64,000 nt of DNA from assembly GCA_965240325.2 (NCBI GenBank), contig OZ251222.1, forward strand, positions 2,480,001-2,544,000. Direction: 5' to 3'. A program made the position numbers and the translations under genes. Below, one piece after another: positions 37,893 to 48,017 of the stretch. The notes under the pieces were generated by a model. The model saw only the letters and a list, made by a program, of their open reading frames with translations. It was not told the DNA's origin and did no database searches. Numbering within the stretch: position 1 is the first letter of the stretch; each line of letters opens with the position of its first letter. Source of the DNA: Rebecca billardiae RCC1528 (lineage: Eukaryota > Protista > Haptophyta).

Positions 37893-39962
37893 ATGCTCAG
37901 CGCGTACAACCGTATGCTGAGCCCCGACAAGCCCGCTGCCGAGCCGCGCATTGACGCCGCGCTCGTCCTGCACTTTGCGCCAACCTGCCCCGACGCTCTC
38001 GTGAAGCATTGTGTCGCCGCCGCGGCGGCCGATGGTCTTCAGGCGGAGGCTGTGGGCGAGCGCTCCATCCACGTGCGTTTCGGCGCGAGGGCGCGGCTGC
38101 GGGCCGAGGCCGAGCAAGCGCGCGTGCTCAAGTTCTCCAAGAAGGAGGGCGCGTGGCTCGAGTACCTCGCCGAGGCGCACGACGCGTACGAGCCGATGCC
38201 CGCGGGCGCGGAGTCGCTGTTCTGCGCGTCTGAGGAGCTCCACCTCCTCGAGCGCGCGGCGAAGCAGATGCCGAGCACCGACGAGGTCGAGCGCGCGCTC
38301 GCGGACGCTCGGCTCGGCTCGCTGCTCCACTCGAACGAGACCCTGCTCGGCGCGCTCGAGCGGCTTGGGCTGCTGCAGGGCGTGCACCGGCCGCACGCGC
38401 GCGCCGAGCTGCGCGCGCTCTGGCGCACGCACGGCTCGCTCACGCGCCCGCTCGACCCCGCCGCCCTCGACGCCATCCGCGCGTACTTCGGCCCCGCCGT
38501 GGGCTTCTACTTCGCGTGGCTCGACCACACCACCTGCTGGTACATCCCGGCGGGCGCGGTGGGCGCGTGCGTGTTTGCTTACCACCGGCTCGAGCACGTG
38601 ACGGTGGACAACTCGCCCATCGTCCCCTTCTTCACGGTGGGTATGCTAGCGTGGGCGCTGGCGCAGCACTGCGCGTGGCGCCGCGCGGCCGCGCGGCTCG
38701 CCGTGCGGTGGGGCGTGTTCGAGCCGCCCCCGGAGGCGAGGGAGCCCGCGCGCCCCGGTTACACGGGCGAGCTGCGCATGTCGCCCGTCACGCTCGAGCC
38801 AGAGCGCCACTTCCCACCCGCGCGGCGCGTCTGGCGGTACGCGGTGAGCGCGGTGGTGACCGCGGCGATGCTCTGCCTCGCGCTCTGCGCGACGGTCGCC
38901 TCGCTCAACTTGCAGGGCTACGTCGACGAGGCCGAGGCGCCGCTCGTGTACGTCGCCGCCCTGCGCCGCCTCTCGCGCGCGGGCGCGCTCTTCGACCCCG
39001 CTGGGCCGAACCGGCTGCTGGCGAACGCGCCCGCTGTGATCCACGTGCTCGCGATCCGCGTGCTCAACACGGCGTACTCGCACGTGGCGGCGGCGCTCAC
39101 CGCGCACGAGAACCACCGCACGCAGCGCGAGCACGACGCGCACCTCGCGAGCAAGCGCTTCCTCTTCGAGGCGGTGGACGCGTACGCGTCTCTGTTCTAC
39201 CTCGCCTTTGTGCAGCTGGACGTGGTCTCGCTGCGCGCGGAGCTGTGCTCGCTGTACACGACCGACTCGGTGCGGCGCGCGCTGACGGAGGCGGCGCTGC
39301 CGCGCGTGCTGCAGTGGTTCGGCCAGCGCCGCCGCTCGCGCGAGCTCGGCCGGCGCAAGCAGTCGGACGGCGACGCGCCCGCCCCCGCCGCCGCGTGGGC
39401 CGACGAGGCTGAGCTGGACGAGTACGCGGCCTTTGACGACTATCTCGAGATGGTGATCCAGCTGGGGTACGTGTCGCTCTTCGCGTCGGCGTTCCCGCTC
39501 GCCGCGCTGCTCTCGGCGGGCTGCACGCTGGTCGAGAGCCGCTCCGACCTGTGGAAGATTACGCACGTGAGCAGGCGCCCCGCGGCGGAGCCGGCCGGCG
39601 GCATCGGCGTGTGGCAGCCCGTCGCGCTCGCCATCGTGCTCTCGTCGATCCTCTCCAACGCGGTGCTGTTCGCGTACGCCTCCGACCAGCTGCAGCAGTG
39701 GGCGCCGTCGCTCTTCGACCCGTCGGTGCATCACCACGGCCCGAACGAGGTGAGCGCGACGTCCCATGCGCACTTCACGCCGCACTTCAAACCAGGGATG
39801 GGCTCGACGGTCGCGCTCATCGTCGTCGCCGCTGAGCACGTCGCGCTGCTCGTGGCAGCCGCCGTGCTGATCGGCGTGCCCAACGAGCCGGATGACGTAG
39901 CCATCACGCGCGCCCGCCGCCAATGGGTCCTCACGCAGCGCCGTGCGGCAACGACGAGCTAA
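37893..39962 (+). CDS. Anoctamin/TMEM16 (ANO8/ANO10-like) channel or scramblase
   Basis: IRAYFGPAVGFYFAWL, LTAHENHRT, SLFYLAF, FDDYLEMVIQLGYVSLFASAFPLAALL, GIGVW and AEH. Confidence 0.93.
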   Translation: MLSAYNRMLSPDKPAAEPRIDAALVLHFAPTCPDALVKHCVAAAAADGLQAEAVGERSIHVRFGARARLRAEAEQARVLKFSKKEGAWLEYLAEAHDAYEPMPAGAESLFCASEELHLLERAAKQMPSTDEVERALADARLGSLLHSNETLLGALERLGLLQGVHRPHARAELRALWRTHGSLTRPLDPAALDAIRAYFGPAVGFYFAWLDHTTCWYIPAGAVGACVFAYHRLEHVTVDNSPIVPFFTVGMLAWALAQHCAWRRAAARLAVRWGVFEPPPEAREPARPGYTGELRMSPVTLEPERHFPPARRVWRYAVSAVVTAAMLCLALCATVASLNLQGYVDEAEAPLVYVAALRRLSRAGALFDPAGPNRLLANAPAVIHVLAIRVLNTAYSHVAAALTAHENHRTQREHDAHLASKRFLFEAVDAYASLFYLAFVQLDVVSLRAELCSLYTTDSVRRALTEAALPRVLQWFGQRRRSRELGRRKQSDGDAPAPAAAWADEAELDEYAAFDDYLEMVIQLGYVSLFASAFPLAALLSAGCTLVESRSDLWKITHVSRRPAAEPAGGIGVWQPVALAIVLSSILSNAVLFAYASDQLQQWAPSLFDPSVHHHGPNEVSATSHAHFTPHFKPGMGSTVALIVVAAEHVALLVAAAVLIGVPNEPDDVAITRARRQWVLTQRRAATTS

Positions 39963-40555
39963 AGACGGCAAGCACGCTGGGCCGGGGCACGGGATGTTGG
40001 GCGATGATGTGGTGAAGCAGCCGAGTCGTACGTCCGTTTGGCAGTCGAATATCAGCAGGCGAGCCGTGAGACAACTCGTCGATCAGAATATCAGAGTCGG
40101 TGTCATCAACATCAGCATCGGACTGAGTCTGACAGAGAGCGTGTCGACTGTGAGACTCGGTCGTAGTGAGACGGCGCGCGCCTCGACCGCCTCGTCGTCG
40201 CGCAGTCGCATCAGCGCATGCGTGTAAATAACTACTAACTAGCTGCGCTTATTCGCGATGATGATGGAATTAGACGATCAGTAGCAGCTGCGCTAGATCG
40301 AGGTTCACGCATCAGCCTGCAAGTCTGCTCTGGCGGATGAGGCGCTGATCGAGCCTGCGGCGGCTGCGCGCGCCTGCTGTACTCCAATAATAATGCGACT
40401 ACTGACTCTGCAGTCTGCCGCCATGCATGTGAGTGTGCGAGGCGCCTCGTCCGCGGGGCGGCAGGCGCCGCGCAGGGCGGGGACTGCCCGCATCGTTATC
40501 ATTGTTGGCGGCGCACGCGTGCGCATCGTCATTCGTCAGTGACCTCTAGAGAGCT

Positions 40556-42294
40556 CTACCCCATGCGTGTCGGGAGCACCTTCATGCCGCCGCTGTAGCC
40601 GAGGAGGGTTCCCACGATGCTCGCGCCGATGGCCACGCCGACGTACGCGCCAGTAGCCATGGCGCTGTCGCTTGCCTCTGAGAGCGCGCGACTCCCAGCG
40701 GGGCCCACGCACGGATCAACTCCATCATCGTCGTCGTCGTCGCCAACACTTGCGCCACAGCTGAGGAGCGGCAAGGGCTCGTCAGGCACCGTTCCCTGCG
40801 CCGTGAAGCCCACGCGCTGGGCAACATACGCAGCGAGCCGAATCGTGACGACGGAGCCACTTGTCGACACAATGTCACCGTTCCAGACGGAGCTCAGGGC
40901 GATGCCACTCGAGGACCAGTCGACCTCGATCACCGCGCCTGGCACCCACGGCGTGACGCTCACGTAGCCGTTGAACCCACCTGCCCATGAGTTGCTCACG
41001 CCGAAGCTCAGCGCGAGGTCGCACTCCGAGGGCGGCGGCGAGGGCGACGCCGGCGGGCGGTGGGGTGCGGGTGGTGACGGCGGCGGGGATGGTGGCGAGG
41101 GCGGCCCAGCTGGAAGCCTTGCCTGCCTCGACTTGATGTAGCTTCGCAGGAAGCTGCCCGAGCACGAGACTGCATCCCAGTCCTGCGCCGCGCACGCGCC
41201 GGGCAGTAGGGCGGCGGAGGACTCGGCCTTGTCGGCATACGACCACTGGGCGAAGGAGATACGCTGGCCGTACGCGCCATCCGCGTCCTCCATCACGTCG
41301 AGGAAGCGCAGCGCCGTGTCCATGTGCACGCCGCCGTTGCCGTCGGCGGTGGAGGTGCCCCACTCTGTCACAAAGATTGGGATCTGGGCGTGGCATCGCA
41401 GCAGGGTGGCGCGGCGGTGGGGACAGCAGGGCAGGGAGGGCACGGTCGAGAAGTGTGAGCTGTAGCGCGCACGTGACACCCCCGCTCCCCGCAACGCGGT
41501 GAGGCCGAGTGGCGTCTCACCTGCGACGCATACTCCTGCAGGCGCGGCAGGAGAAACTCGTGAGTGCCGGCGTAGAAGTGGAACGCGTACATTACGTGGT
41601 GCGGCTGCGACACGGGGTCGGCGGCGGCGTCGTGGATGTCTTGAGACCACGTGGGTGTGCCCGCAAGGATGATCGTCTCCGCATCGATGGCTCGGATCTT
41701 AGGGATCAGCGCGTCGTGGTACCCCTTCACCTGCGCCCAGCTCACGCCGTTGGGCTCGTTGGCCGTCTCGTACAGCACGTGCTTTTTGCCCACGAAGTTG
41801 CGTGCGGCCTCTTCGAAGAAGCGCGTGGCACCGAGCATAGCATCATGGTACATTGCGTCGTTGGGATCACCAGGCGTGAGCACGTGCCAGTCGATGATCA
41901 CGTAGATGCCGAGCTCCTCTGTCCAACGCACAACGTCGTAGACGGTGGTGTTCACACCGGGGCTGCCGTCCGCATACCCACCCTCACCAACGTACATGGC
42001 CGCGCGAAAGACGTTGATGCCCCAGTGCTCCACCAGGTACTCGATCGATGCCTTCGAGTAGCAGGAGGGAAACCAGTGCAAGCCGTGCGACGACATGCCC
42101 ATTAGCTGCACGGGCTCGCCGGCCTCGTCAACAAGTTGCACACCGTCCAGTCGGAGCTTGCCGTGACGCGTAGCGAAGCCCGTGTTGTCGACATCAGGAG
42201 GATTCGGTGGGACGCCATCGGGCATGTCGCACGCTCCTCGAGCCGGGCGCAGCGCCGCCGTCGCGAGGAGCGCAATGAGCGCGTGCTTGAGCAT
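40556..42294 (-). CDS. GH5 endoglucanase (cellulase) with a Pro linker, CBM2-like domain and C-terminal TM anchor (intron 41384-41520)
   Basis: Signal peptide; QLMGMSSHGLHWF, YVIIDWH, YETANEP (acid/base), FHFYA and IFVTEWG (nucleophile). The CBM2-like part has NSWAGGF…W…SVWNG…GF. The C-terminus is hydrophobic. Confidence 0.92.
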
Positions 42295-42479
42295 CGCGCC
42301 GGCGTCGGACGGGAACGCCGGGTGCAACTTTCCTTCTACTCTCCTATTGGCTGTATTTGGCTCTCAGAAATCGGATGAGCAGCAGCAGGGTGCACTTTCG
42401 TCCCACCCCGCCCGCCCGGGCCGGACCACCCTTGCCTCCGCCGGCGCGCGGAACCCGGTGATTAAAATTCCCCTTTATA

Positions 42480-42985
42480 ACGGGCTCCGGGTGATCAGAC
42501 TGGCGGCCGAAGCCTCCAGCCCTACCATGGCCAGCCCCCAACCAACCACCACCCTCACCCAACCTCAAACCACTGACCGAGACACCAAGTGCCTTGACAC
42601 CACTCCGCTGTGGACAGCCCGCCTCCAGAGGGGGCGGGCGCCGCGAAAGCGCAAGCGCGTAGTTTACCCCCATACCAGTAATTGTTCGTCGTCCCGACGT
42701 CAAGTGACAGTCCATCCATGTCTGATTAGACTCGAGTGATGTCTTGAGTAATGAGTCACTGCTTAGCAGCTTAGCGGATGACGGGCTCCTGGAGTGATCA
42801 GACTGGCGGCCGAAGCCTCCAGCCCTACCCTGGCCAGCCCCCAACCTACAGTAGAGTACCTACCACCAACTACAGTACCACGTCCACCACCCCCACCCAA
42901 CCTCAAACCGCTGTACCTGAGTGCCCTGACACCCTGACACCACTCCATCCACTGTGGACAGCCCGCCCGTCCAGAGGGGCCGGGG
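42480..42985 (+). repeat. Diverged direct repeat pair (about 160-200 bp units at 42480-42638 and 42781-42985)
   Basis: GTGATCAGACTGGCGGCCGAAGCCTCCAGCCCTACC.TGGCCAGCCCCCAACC, CCTCAAACC, GACACCACTCC and TGTGGACAGCCCGCC each occur twice in the same order. Confidence 0.8.
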
Positions 42986-43812
42986 GTATGCCATTGCCAA
43001 CAGCCCGTCACAGTCGCACAGAGACGCCAGAGTACGGTCACAGAGTGTCCGACTCCGAGACTCGGGCGACGGCGACGTACTCCCTATGTCTGACTCTGAG
43101 TCTCGGGCCGGCCACGTCGCGCCTCGCGGACGTTACTTATACTACGGAGTACGGTGGCGCCACCGTACTACTAAGGCGGTCTAGCTAAGAATACTAAGCG
43201 GCGGTGAACTAGCCTGTCCACGGCGGGGGGGTAGCTAGTGTCTGAGTCTCTGAGAGCGGTCACGAATTATTTGCTGAACATCCGATTACCGAATCCGTAT
43301 TAGTATATCAGTCCGTATAAAGTTCTAGCGTATAGCGTCGGCGGGCTCGGAAGTCGGAACCGCCCGTGGCCGTGACAGACTTACGGTCAGTGATTAACTG
43401 ATTTTATAGTAGCTAGTACAGTGCTGCTACTAAGCTAGCTGATGATTAAAATTTACTCATATATATTAATCATACGACCGGCTGTCAGCTACTTGTAACC
43501 GGAGGCGGCCGCCGATTGTATAATATATATATATATATAATGATATGAATGATGATTCGATATATATATATAATCATTGAATATGATATTAGACAGATTA
43601 GATTGACGAATATTGTCCGACATAGTGGCATAGTACGGTTCCGAGAGTCCCGGTCCGCGCCACCTGATAAAGGCCTGCTGACGGCTGATAATGGTGTCGC
43701 CGCCGCTACTTTCTTTGTCCCGTCCGGCGATCGCCGCAGCCGGCTGAGTGCGCCGCCAGTCCGGCCCGAGCACCCGGCCCACACCGACCCGAGCATGGCT
43801 CAGACTCATCAG

Positions 43813-45384
43813 TCAGCATGGGCGCACTCGTTGGATGCCTAGCTTGAGCAGGAACGAGATCGGGCATGCGGCTTGGTGCCCAGATGGCACACCGGGCACC
43901 GACGGCACCGACGCGCGCGCACCGAGCGCCATCGTGGGCGTGTCGTGAGACAGCCGGCTGCCAGCGCCGCGGTGCGCGTCTTCATCGGCATGAGCGGGCG
44001 AGGGCGGCGAGCAGTCGGCGTTGTCCACGGCGCCCCACCACTGCCGCTCAGGGCTCTCCGAGGCGGCCGCGTGCTCGTGAGGCGGGGCGGGGTCCGCCGT
44101 CGGCGGCGAGGCGGCGGGCCCAACCACGACCACGTGGTGCGGTGGCGCTGGCAGGTTCGCGCACAGCATGCGCAAGAAGCTCGCCGGGCACTCGCGCTCG
44201 GGGTCGGGGAGCCTTGGGCGCTTGGCGGATGGCGGGTGGCCTGCGGAGCCACGCGCATCGGGCGAGAGAGCCGCCTCCACGCCAGGCGCAGCCTCGACCG
44301 AAGGGGTCTCCGCCGGCGCGTCGGGCGAGGGGCACGGATCGCGCCCCGGCGTGGGGCACGCAGGCGTTGCCTTGACCAGCACGCGCTCGCGCGCGTCCTC
44401 CTCGGCATCGTCGTCGATCCCGCGGCCTGCGTTGGGCTCCGGGGCAGGCCGCTTGGCGCGAGGCGCAGCCTGTGCACTCTCGGCGTCGTCGTCGCCCGCC
44501 CTACTCGCGAGAGCGGGGCTCAGACTCGCCAGGGGCGCCGAGCCCGCGGGCGCCCTCTCGAGCTCGAGCTCGTGCTCGAAGTAGACGCCGTCCTGAGCGC
44601 ACGCGCCGACGGCCGCGCTCAGCGGAATCGGCGTTCCGGCGCTCACGCTGAGGCTCACGCAGCCGCTGCCCGGGGCCGCAGCACACGGACGCCGCGCGGA
44701 GTCGTGCCCGGAGCCCGGGGAGGCGTGCCCCGCACCAGCGCACCCCGCGCGCGCAGCCGCGCGCGCCTCGTCCGCGGCCCTCGGCGCCGGCTGGCCGCCC
44801 CAGTCGGCCGGGTCGGTGATGGCGTCGAGCGCCCGGCGCGCGTGCGGAGGGATGGTGAGGCACTGCTTCATTTGGAGCTGCTGTGCCGCGGATGCGCGTG
44901 CGGCCGCGGAGTGCGGGTGTGTGAAAGCGGCATGCTTGACGCGCGCTATCAGCCGACGCTGGGCATCCGCGCTCAGCATCAGCGGCTGCGGATCATCAAT
45001 GGTCTGCGTGCGCGTGTTGCCCGCCACCTTCCATGTATCCACGTCGAGGTAGAAGTGCGGCCCGTCGCCGTCGGCGCGTACGACGTCACACAGCCTGATC
45101 GCAAAGCTGTCGACGCATACAACGTGCCCGCTGAGCGGCCTCGTGTCCCCGCTGACGACCAGGCGCGCACGCATGTGGTGGGCACGATCGCTGATGCTCA
45201 CGTCGTGGAAGCTCGCTGCACCCTGGCGATCTGCTCCGGTGCCGGCGCCGCTGGGAGCCGCGGGGGTTGCGTGGACATATGTGATCTGCGCGTAGTGCTT
45301 CTCGCGCATGGGGACATCCATCATGCTTCCCTTGAGCGCGTCGAGAAGCCAAGGCTGCTGTTGGCGCAGAATACTCGCAGCCAT
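43813..45384 (-). CDS. TPP1/ACD/Est3-like OB-fold protein with a long disordered C-terminus
   Basis: N-terminal QPWL…ISDRAHHMRARL…GHVVCV…HFYLDVD…ADAQRRL mirrors the TPP1 OB pattern (PWI…VSDGTHSVRC…EFYLQVD…DVQKKL). Confidence 0.65.
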   Translation of the reverse strand: MAASILRQQQPWLLDALKGSMMDVPMREKHYAQITYVHATPAAPSGAGTGADRQGAASFHDVSISDRAHHMRARLVVSGDTRPLSGHVVCVDSFAIRLCDVVRADGDGPHFYLDVDTWKVAGNTRTQTIDDPQPLMLSADAQRRLIARVKHAAFTHPHSAAARASAAQQLQMKQCLTIPPHARRALDAITDPADWGGQPAPRAADEARAAARAGCAGAGHASPGSGHDSARRPCAAAPGSGCVSLSVSAGTPIPLSAAVGACAQDGVYFEHELELERAPAGSAPLASLSPALASRAGDDDAESAQAAPRAKRPAPEPNAGRGIDDDAEEDARERVLVKATPACPTPGRDPCPSPDAPAETPSVEAAPGVEAALSPDARGSAGHPPSAKRPRLPDPERECPASFLRMLCANLPAPPHHVVVVGPAASPPTADPAPPHEHAAASESPERQWWGAVDNADCSPPSPAHADEDAHRGAGSRLSHDTPTMALGARASVPSVPGVPSGHQAACPISFLLKLGIQRVRPC

Positions 45385-45590
45385 GGCGCCCCCGTTTGAC
45401 GACGACGCAATAAGATTTGAGCAACCGTTCAAGCGGCCAGTCCGGCCAGTATGGCTGCAGACCTGCGCCGGACACGGTGCCCGCTCAGCGGCTCAGGCGC
45501 TCACACCCCTGCCCAGGCCGCGGTTGCGCCGGCACGAGCAAGGACCGCACGCGCGCGCGCTGTGAGGGTGCGCTCGCTACAGCCGTCCAC

Positions 45591-46373
45591 ATGGACTACG
45601 AGCTGCCAGGGCAGCGCGAGCGGAAGCCGGTCAAGTTTGGGCTCGTGTCTGACGACAGCTCTGACGACGAGGACGGCCTCGGTGGCACACTTCGCCGGCA
45701 GCGTAAGAGCCCGACCAAGCGCACAAGTGCAGGCGCCAAGGCGGCGGCCCCAGAGGAGCCGGCCTGCGCGCAGCCGAGGAGCAAGCGGGCCAAGGCCGTG
45801 GCATCGGGCTCGCCACAAGTCATCGACCTTGACGGCGACGAACGCAAGCCGAGGCAAGGGGCGCCCCCTCCGCGCGGCAGGAGGTCGGTGCCCGAGGACT
45901 CTGAGGACGAGGACAACATCGTCCTGAACGCGGACGAGCTCGAGGACCCAGAGGCCCGGGAGCGCCGGCTCAAGCTCGAGCGCTCGCGCAAGATGCTCAC
46001 AGAGGCAGCCGCAATCGACCTGGACGACGAGCCCGCGCCGGAGCCAGACGCCGTCGTGGAGGAGGAGGAAGACTTCATGCTGCTGAGGCGGCGTGCTGAG
46101 CCACCGCCTGCTGCGCCCGCGCCGCCGGCGCCGCGCCGTACCGAGCAGCGCACGATCCGCTTTGCTGTGCGCGTGGGCCAGGGCGAGCCGAGTATGGTGA
46201 AGACCTATTACGACGCGACGTTCGAGAAGCTCATCGCCAAGATGTGCCAGATCCACGGCTTCGACCCGAAGATGGCGAAGCTGCGCTTCGACGGCGATGT
46301 GGTGAAGCCGACTCATACGCCGGCCCAGCTCGACCTGGACGAGGACGACCAGCTCGACTTCGCGGCGAGGTGA
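45591..46373 (+). CDS. Rad60/Esc2/NIP45-like protein with SUMO-interacting motifs and one C-terminal SUMO-like domain
   Basis: SIM-like VIDLD, IVLNADE and AIDLDDE. The C-terminal F.KLI..C…LRFDGDVVKPTHTPAQLDLDEDDQLDF is SUMO-like and lacks the diglycine. Confidence 0.8.
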   Translation: MDYELPGQRERKPVKFGLVSDDSSDDEDGLGGTLRRQRKSPTKRTSAGAKAAAPEEPACAQPRSKRAKAVASGSPQVIDLDGDERKPRQGAPPPRGRRSVPEDSEDEDNIVLNADELEDPEARERRLKLERSRKMLTEAAAIDLDDEPAPEPDAVVEEEEDFMLLRRRAEPPPAAPAPPAPRRTEQRTIRFAVRVGQGEPSMVKTYYDATFEKLIAKMCQIHGFDPKMAKLRFDGDVVKPTHTPAQLDLDEDDQLDFAAR

Positions 46374-46936
46374 ATGTTCGCGTCCCGCCCGCTGTGCAGC
46401 TGCTGTGGGCTGTGGGCACTCAGCCTGGCACTTAGAGCCGATTTGTGCGGCCGGTGATTCGGTGTCCCAGGCTGCCAAGTCTGCAGCTAAGCGCCCACGG
46501 TCATGCAGTGTGAACCGGTGGGCCGCGTGGCGACGTCGTCCTCCGCAGCTTGTCAGTGACCAAAAATAAAAGGATTGTCCACGGCTCCAGCGTGAGTGAG
46601 GAGGGACACGACGAGCCCATTATTACAGTCGGCGTCGTCACTTTAATGAGACTGCTTGCATTACTTAATATAATAATAATAATACTGAATATATATATAT
46701 ATGCTGACAGTATGTATATATATATTTAACGACGTGGCAGCATCGGACAAGCGTCAGGCTCAGAGTGCAACAGACACATAGAATGCGTCCGCGCCTTCCG
46801 ACCAGGTCAGACAGTGCGCCACCCGCAGCCCTGCCCCCCTACGGGAGCGGGGCCGGGATGGAGCACCGCCTCGGCCTGGGGCACACGGCGGCGACGGCAG
46901 ATGCCGCCGCGGCCGAGCGCCTTCCGGAGCACACAT

Positions 46937-46940
<4 letters not shown>

Positions 46941-47000
<60 letters not shown>
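46941..47000. repeat. (AT)n microsatellite
   Basis: About 30 perfect AT units. Confidence 0.95.
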
Positions 47001-47005
<5 letters not shown>

Positions 47006-47524
47006 CTCGGGTATTATCCTGTAGCGACCGATGACCGTCAGACGAGGTCCGCCACTCCGCCGACTCCGCGGGCCGCGGGCCGCGTCACACTGCGGTGACT
47101 CGGGCGGTGACAGCAGGACCGCACTGGCCCGTGCGGAGGCAGCCGGAGCCGCGGGCGCGCGGCGCGAACGCGAATGCCGCCGAATGGCGCCCCGATTTGG
47201 CCCGAATTCGAATGGCGGGCCGAATGCGGCCCGTCGCCGGGCCGAGTGCGGGAGTGGCCGCGGCTTCCCGGCGGTCAGGCGGCGGTTGACCCCGGCCTAA
47301 GGTAAAGCCTAAAGGAGACTACAGTCCGGTCGTTGGAGGAGCACATCTCGACACGGAAATCGGCGCGGGATCGCCGCGCCACTGATGATCTGCAATAGCT
47401 CCTAGACCACCCCAGGCGCCTCCCTTGGACGATATGACGGCCAGATGGATCATCAGCCACCCCTCTCACTCTGTCAAGGTCAGTCTGTGAGACAGACGGA
47501 GTGATGCTTGCTCACTGCCGCTGA

Positions 47525-47865
47525 CTAATTCTATGATTTAAAGACACAGGCACGAGGGCGCAGCTCTCCTGATTCGTCTGTAGTGGTACTGGTCGAAGCT
47601 TGCAGCAGTGGCAGTGGTGTGAGCGCGTTGATGTTGGTCCCCATGGCGGATGTCGTTGTTGTCGTCGTCCGGACGTCGTCAGGCCCACCAGGAAGTGCAT
47701 GGGTACGAAATCAAAGGCGAGTGAGCATGTTGGCGTCGGCCAGGCCGTCCCCTACTTGGTCAGCAGCTGGTGCGGATGATGTCGTCGCCTACTTGGTCAG
47801 TGGCAGGTCATGGTGGACGATGGTGTAGCCTGTTCTTGGTCAGCAGCTGGTGGATGATGTTGTGG
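47525..47865 (-). repeat. Dispersed repeat family copy C (longest, inverted), with an internal subrepeat
   Basis: Reverse complement of copies A and B. CTTGGTCAGCAGCTGGTG.GGATGATGT is repeated internally. Confidence 0.8.
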
Positions 47866-48017
47866 CCGAAGTTAGTGGGTGAGCACGCCGAATAAAGACG
47901 AGTGTGCTGGGCGCGAAAATAATAATCGCGCGCCTAAAAAAACCGATGACGATCCCGCGCGCGCTTGAAAACATCCGCCGAGCCACAAAGAGGCGCTGCC
48001 GGACCGCTCGCGCTATC

